Part shown: positions 60,101 to 64,000 of the stretch, one piece after another
Layout of the letters: each line of letters starts with the position of its first letter
Numbering within the stretch: position 1 is the stretch's first letter
Notes under the pieces: generated by a model
Told to the model about the DNA's origin: nothing
What the model saw: only the letters and a program-made list of their open reading frames with translations
Database searches by the model: none
Program-made: the position numbers and the translations under genes
From: Anolis carolinensis
Lineage: Eukaryota
NCBI RefSeq assembly: GCF_035594765.1
Contig: NC_085841.1
Span: forward strand, 310,381,402 to 310,445,401
Length of the DNA stretch: 64,000 bases
Direction: 5' to 3'

Positions 60101-62406
60101 AAAGTCTACTATTCAAAGAAGGTGTTCCAGAGAGTTCCATAGTATAAGGATTTGTGTAGAAGACAGTTCTTACGCCATTTAAGGCATTCACAATAAGCAG
60201 CAAAACCAAACTTGCTTAGACAATAGACATGCCTATAGCAGAACTGGCAAGATGTATTGCTGTTGCTTGATCAGTTAGTTAAGAATAAATGAAGTTTTTG
60301 GATAGCTGTCAAGGAAAGCCCTGTATATCATACATTGCAGTAGTCTAATCTGGAGATTATGAGACTATCTCTATCAGGTTATTTCCATTCAGAGATGCTG
60401 GTGGTGAGGCAGCAGTCAGTGAAACCTTCAGTACTTGCCCCCCAACAACAACAATAACAACAACAACAACAACAATAATAATGATATTATTATAATGTTA
60501 AAAATGTTTGACAGTGACACTGAAGAAAGGAAAAATCATTGAAAGTGAGGGCATAAATATGCCTAATGGCCAAGCGATAAAGTGTCACCAGCCAGAAACC
60601 TATAAATATCTAGGCATACTACAGCTGGAAAACATCAAACATGAACATGTCAGCAAAGAAAACACTCAAAGGGTCAGAAAAATTCTCAATGCCATCAAGT
60701 CCATGAACATCTGGGCTATACCTGTCATAAGATATACTGCTGGCATCATAAACTGTACCTCAAAATTGAACTGCAAAGGCCCTGGCACAAACCAGTACAG
60801 GTGGTCCCAGTGGTAATTGGTGCACTGGGTGCCGTGTCAAAAGATCTCAGCTGGCATTTGAAAACAATAAACATTGACAAAATTGCGATCTGTCAGCTGC
60901 AAAAGACCACCTTACTGGGATCTGCATGCATCATCCAAAAATACACCACACAGTCCTAAACACTATGACACAGTGTTCAACTTGTGATTCTGTGATACAA
61001 AATCCAGCATATATATCTCGTTTGCTGTGTCATACTCTGTCTTTATGTCAACAACAACAACAACAATAATAATATTTTTTTATTTCTTACCCGTCTCCCC
61101 TCATGGCTTGAGGTGGGTCACAGCACAGTCTAAACACACAAACATTGCAAAAATTCTATAAACACACACATTAAAATGTAGAATCATAGAATAGTAGAGT
61201 TGGAAGAGACCTCATGGGCCATCCAGTCCAACCCCCTGCCAAGAAGCAGGAAATCGCATTCAAAGCCCCCCTGACAGATGTAGCTCTTAAAAGGATACAT
61301 ATTAAAACGTATTTCTGTAAAATACATATTAAATACACAGAACAGATATTAAAACACAAAACATGAGTTTAAAATGCCACTTGGATTTCCTATGACAAAG
61401 CTATATCTGTCTAGCAGGACTCAATTTCTAAAAAATTGAGCACTATCTTCCTGAGCCAGCAAACCCATCTACCAACAACATCTTTAAGCATTAACCTCTG
61501 ATTTATTTGATTTATCAATCCCATCTTTTCCCCAAGGTTCAGTGATGGCATTCTGTGTGTGCTTTCCAGCCTTGTCATAATTTGATATTATACAGAGAAT
61601 ATGTCCCGCGCAGGATCTGAGCATTAGTAGCTTTTTAGTCTTCAAAAGGAGTGATCATTCACTTCTGGTTTGGTTTTGTTTTAATTTCTTAACTTTCAGT
61701 TCTGTCTCTCTGCTTGCAGCGGAGTTTGTGCGGTTGGCAGAATTACCCTTGTTGGAAGATCTGGTGTTTGTGGGTAATCCACTGGAAGAGAAATATTCAG
61801 CTGATTCACAGAATGCCTGGGTTGAAGAAGCAACCAAGCGAGTGCCCAAGTTGAAGAAACTTGACGGTGAGAGCTGGGTTGGAGCCAGGTGGAATTTAAG
61901 AGTTCAGGCAGTGAAAAGTATCTTTTTAATGTAACAAGTTAAATTGGGGGCATATAAGAATCTTTCTTTGTCTGGACATGCAACATCCTTTTTTGACTCA
62001 ACCTGGATCCTTACATTTATATTTCTTGTGTGGTAATGCTTGACAATATGTCTCTGGAAAAGACTTTCCCTTGCTAATGGAACAATTTGTAGTTAGCACT
62101 GTGGGGAAAGAGGAACCTGATATCAGCTTGAATGAATATGTGGATCTTCCACTACGTGCTGAATTCTGGCTCTCTCATTACACTTTCAAACTGTTTCTTG
62201 TCTTCACATCAACCCTAAATGTCTGTGTTGTTGTAATGCTGTGTGATGTTTCACAAGTGTTTTTAGTTAATCAGCTTACTTGTTAGTATGTTGTAATGGA
62301 ATATGAGAGTATTAGTCTTACTAGTGATTTAAATATATATATATCTCCTTTATTTTTAGGTATTCCAGTTATTAAGCAGGAGGAAGGCGAAGAAGGAGAA
62401 AACTAG
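47930..62406 (+). CDS. DNAL1: Dynein axonemal light chain 1 (LRR protein), 8 exons, 194 aa
   Basis: Exons 47930-47932 (ATG), 52688-52726, 54853-54962, 57441-57496, 58671-58726, 58965-59091, 61720-61866, 62360-62406. Translation [41 protein letters not shown]...[23 protein letters not shown]. Confidence 0.97.
48249..48382. mobile_element. hAT (Charlie-like) palindromic MITE (relatives at 10098-10224, 38081-38217, 38757-38868, 40436-40565, 49988-50070)
   Basis: CAGGCA(C/T)GGGCAAA TIRs; imperfect 8-bp TSDs of NTCTAGAN type (atctagac/atctatat; ctttggaa/ctttagaa). Confidence 0.7.
48599..49369 (+). mobile_element. Penelope-like element 3' fragment (GIY-YIG endonuclease and pLTR)
   Basis: ORF remnant [19 protein letters not shown]...RIKEH...SAIAE...REAIEI...NFNR; flanked by CCAGTAGG duplication (48591-48598, 49370-49377); nested in a hAT MITE. 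Confidence 0.88.
49276..49316 (+). ncRNA. Minimal type-I hammerhead ribozyme motif (Penelope-associated)
   Basis: CCT-CTGAGGA-T-GCCTGC/CATAGAT/GTGGGC-GAAAC-ATC-AGG: conserved core, stem II and stem I present; GTC decayed to ATC. Confidence 0.7.
51071..51161 (+). other. Candidate alternative DNAL1 5' exon ending in its own ATG
   Basis: ttttttctacctAG| ... tagaATG|GTAAAT; the ATG is in phase with exon 2. Confidence 0.5.
53938..54269 (+). mobile_element. Sauria-type SINE
   Basis: Full length with ACCTTT-type tail. Confidence 0.88.
55783..55985 (+). mobile_element. MIR/CORE-like SINE
   Basis: GGTTTGAATCC B-box then TGACTTTGGGTAAGTCAC...CTCAGCCTCAG core-like sequence. Confidence 0.6.
56111..56957 (+). 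mobile_element. Young 5'-truncated CR1 LINE with open ORF2 C-terminus (56177-56875)
   Basis: MKFNRDKCK...EKDLGV...LVRPHLEYC...QRRATKMI...RRLRGDMI...WNSLP; CR1 3' UTR with ATTCTAT-type tail. Confidence 0.93.
58369..58633 (+). mobile_element. tRNA-derived SINE (second family)
   Basis: Near-identical to 30969-31231; ends about 37 nt before DNAL1 exon 5. Confidence 0.85.
60495..61050 (+). mobile_element. R4/Dong (Rex6-like) non-LTR fragment in an (AAC/AAT)n microsatellite
   Basis: YKYLGILQ...RVRKIL...[15 protein letters not shown] remnant; the same microsatellite on both flanks. Confidence 0.65.
61178..61280 (-). mobile_element. CR1 3' end
   Basis: Reverse complement of 56850-56955. Confidence 0.75.
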
Positions 62407-64000
62407 CAGAACGTTTCTTTCTTTCCCCTTAAATTATTGATGTATCTCCAGCAATTAAACACTAAGTGAAGCTTTTTATATAAAGTGACTTTGAAGAAAA
62501 GCTTGGGCAACCTTTTAATTGACTTTCCATGTTCTCCTTTCTCTCCCAAAGAGTTACTTACCAAAATGAGGATGCCAATTATGAGAAGCATCTGTCCTTT
62601 TATTTTTTACTTTTTTATTTAATGTGTGATTTTGTGAAAACTACTACTTGTGTTCCTACTTATTAGTATGTTTGCTTAGATTTTGTTTAAAAAGTAATTT
62701 GAAAAGTAGGGGTCAAGGAAACAATGTTTTAATATTAAGACTCTTTTTATCAGGTACTTTTTTTGTATCTCTTTCCAATGAAAAAAACTGAAACTTGGTA
62801 TGTTTAAATGTTTGTTGGCGTGTCTCATCCTTTTTTCCCCATCTGCGCTTCTAATTACAACCATGTAGTCTTTCGAGTTGGTTTTTGCCAATGAAGAAAC
62901 AAAGTTTGTGGCATTAATTAAAAGCAAAACATGTCACTAGCTGAGAGCCCATGATGTCCGATATTAAGCTTCATTGGGATCTTAAATTTTGACATGCAGT
63001 GGGCCTTTCACTATTTTTATATATAGTGCTAGATAAAAGAGTGAAGGCAATATATTTGTTGTAGATGACGTGCTTCTTTCCTAAACCCTAGTTTGATTTG
63101 ATATGCTACTTGAGTTTTTCTTCACATACTTTAAGGAACAAGAGACTCTCAGGCCAAACAAAGGCTTATACTGTTGATGTGACTATTGCTGAATGGCAAA
63201 GTTCATCATCATTCTGGAATTTGAGTAATCTAAGGAGGGTAGCAGCTGTCCAAAGAGGCATAAGAGAATAAGTTTCAGTTGCAGGGTTTAGCCAGTGATG
63301 AATGACAGCTGAAGAAATTGCAGAAAGGGAAAAGGAGTGACGCTTTATCATTTCATTTCACTTAGAGGAAATCAGCTTGCTTTTCTCTCACCTTTACCTG
63401 AATAAGAGGGTTTTTTTTCATTTGTACTGTTGAACCTTTTAAAGATCTAAAAAACAGAGAAGAGAGAAATGTGGCATTATTATTTGCCTGAGGCAAACAT
63501 CTGCTCTGGGTTCTTTGCACTTAATTAATTTGACTCCGACAATCAGGTTTGTTGTTAAGGTGTGGTAGAGAATAATCAAAATGAAGTAACTGGGGGCACA
63601 ATCCTATGTAGATTTTCTTCAGGGTGACCTCAGTAGGACTTCTGAGTAGACAGGTGTTGGGTTGCTCTGGACCATGGAAATTGTGTGTTTTCCATGTAAT
63701 AATGCCTTGCTGAAGAACACTTGTACTTTGGCTTTGTACACAATTGTTATCCTTACAATGTAGCAGCTGCATAGCATCTGGTTATTCATATGATCCTCTA
63801 CCACACTATTCAAAATCAGTGCAATAGCCATTTGTCAGTCTCTTCTGTTAATTGCAATTCACCGTCCCTTTAAGTACAGAATTCCTTTATGATTTGGGGG
63901 CTTGTTCCTTTGAAAATTCCCCTCTTTTGTTTTTTTCCCTAAAATTTGACTACTGTTATGAAGAATTTCTTCTTTTTTACTTTTATTATATTAATCTCCT

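Overview
Vertebrate genomic DNA, most likely a squamate (Anolis-like) judging from Sauria-type SINEs and the CR1/Penelope/Vingi/Helitron content. It carries the conserved HEATR4 - ACOT cluster - DNAL1 block. HEATR4 is on the minus strand (13 coding exons, 22424 to 1267, running off the left edge). Two tandem 3-exon type-I acyl-CoA thioesterase genes lie on the plus strand (31738-37241 and 39887-44927), followed by a complete DNAL1 (47930-62406). Main points of interest: (1) A very young, intact Ty3/gypsy LTR retrotransposon (15147-20804) sits in a HEATR4 intron. It has one in-frame gag-pol ORF, no tRNA primer site but an exact 11-nt Tf1-type self-priming complement, and a splice donor/acceptor pair that would remove all of pol and give a Gag with a new acidic tail encoded over the PPT and U3. 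(2) The second ACOT paralogue is intact but has Gly in place of the catalytic Ser and an Asp-Glu pair in its Gly-rich loop. (3) Penelope remnants carry hammerhead ribozyme motifs. (4) Mosaic Helitrons carry other TE pieces. (5) RFX X-boxes mark the DNAL1 promoter and the probable HEATR4 promoter. All exon and TE boundaries were read by eye, and family names come from motif recognition, not database searches.
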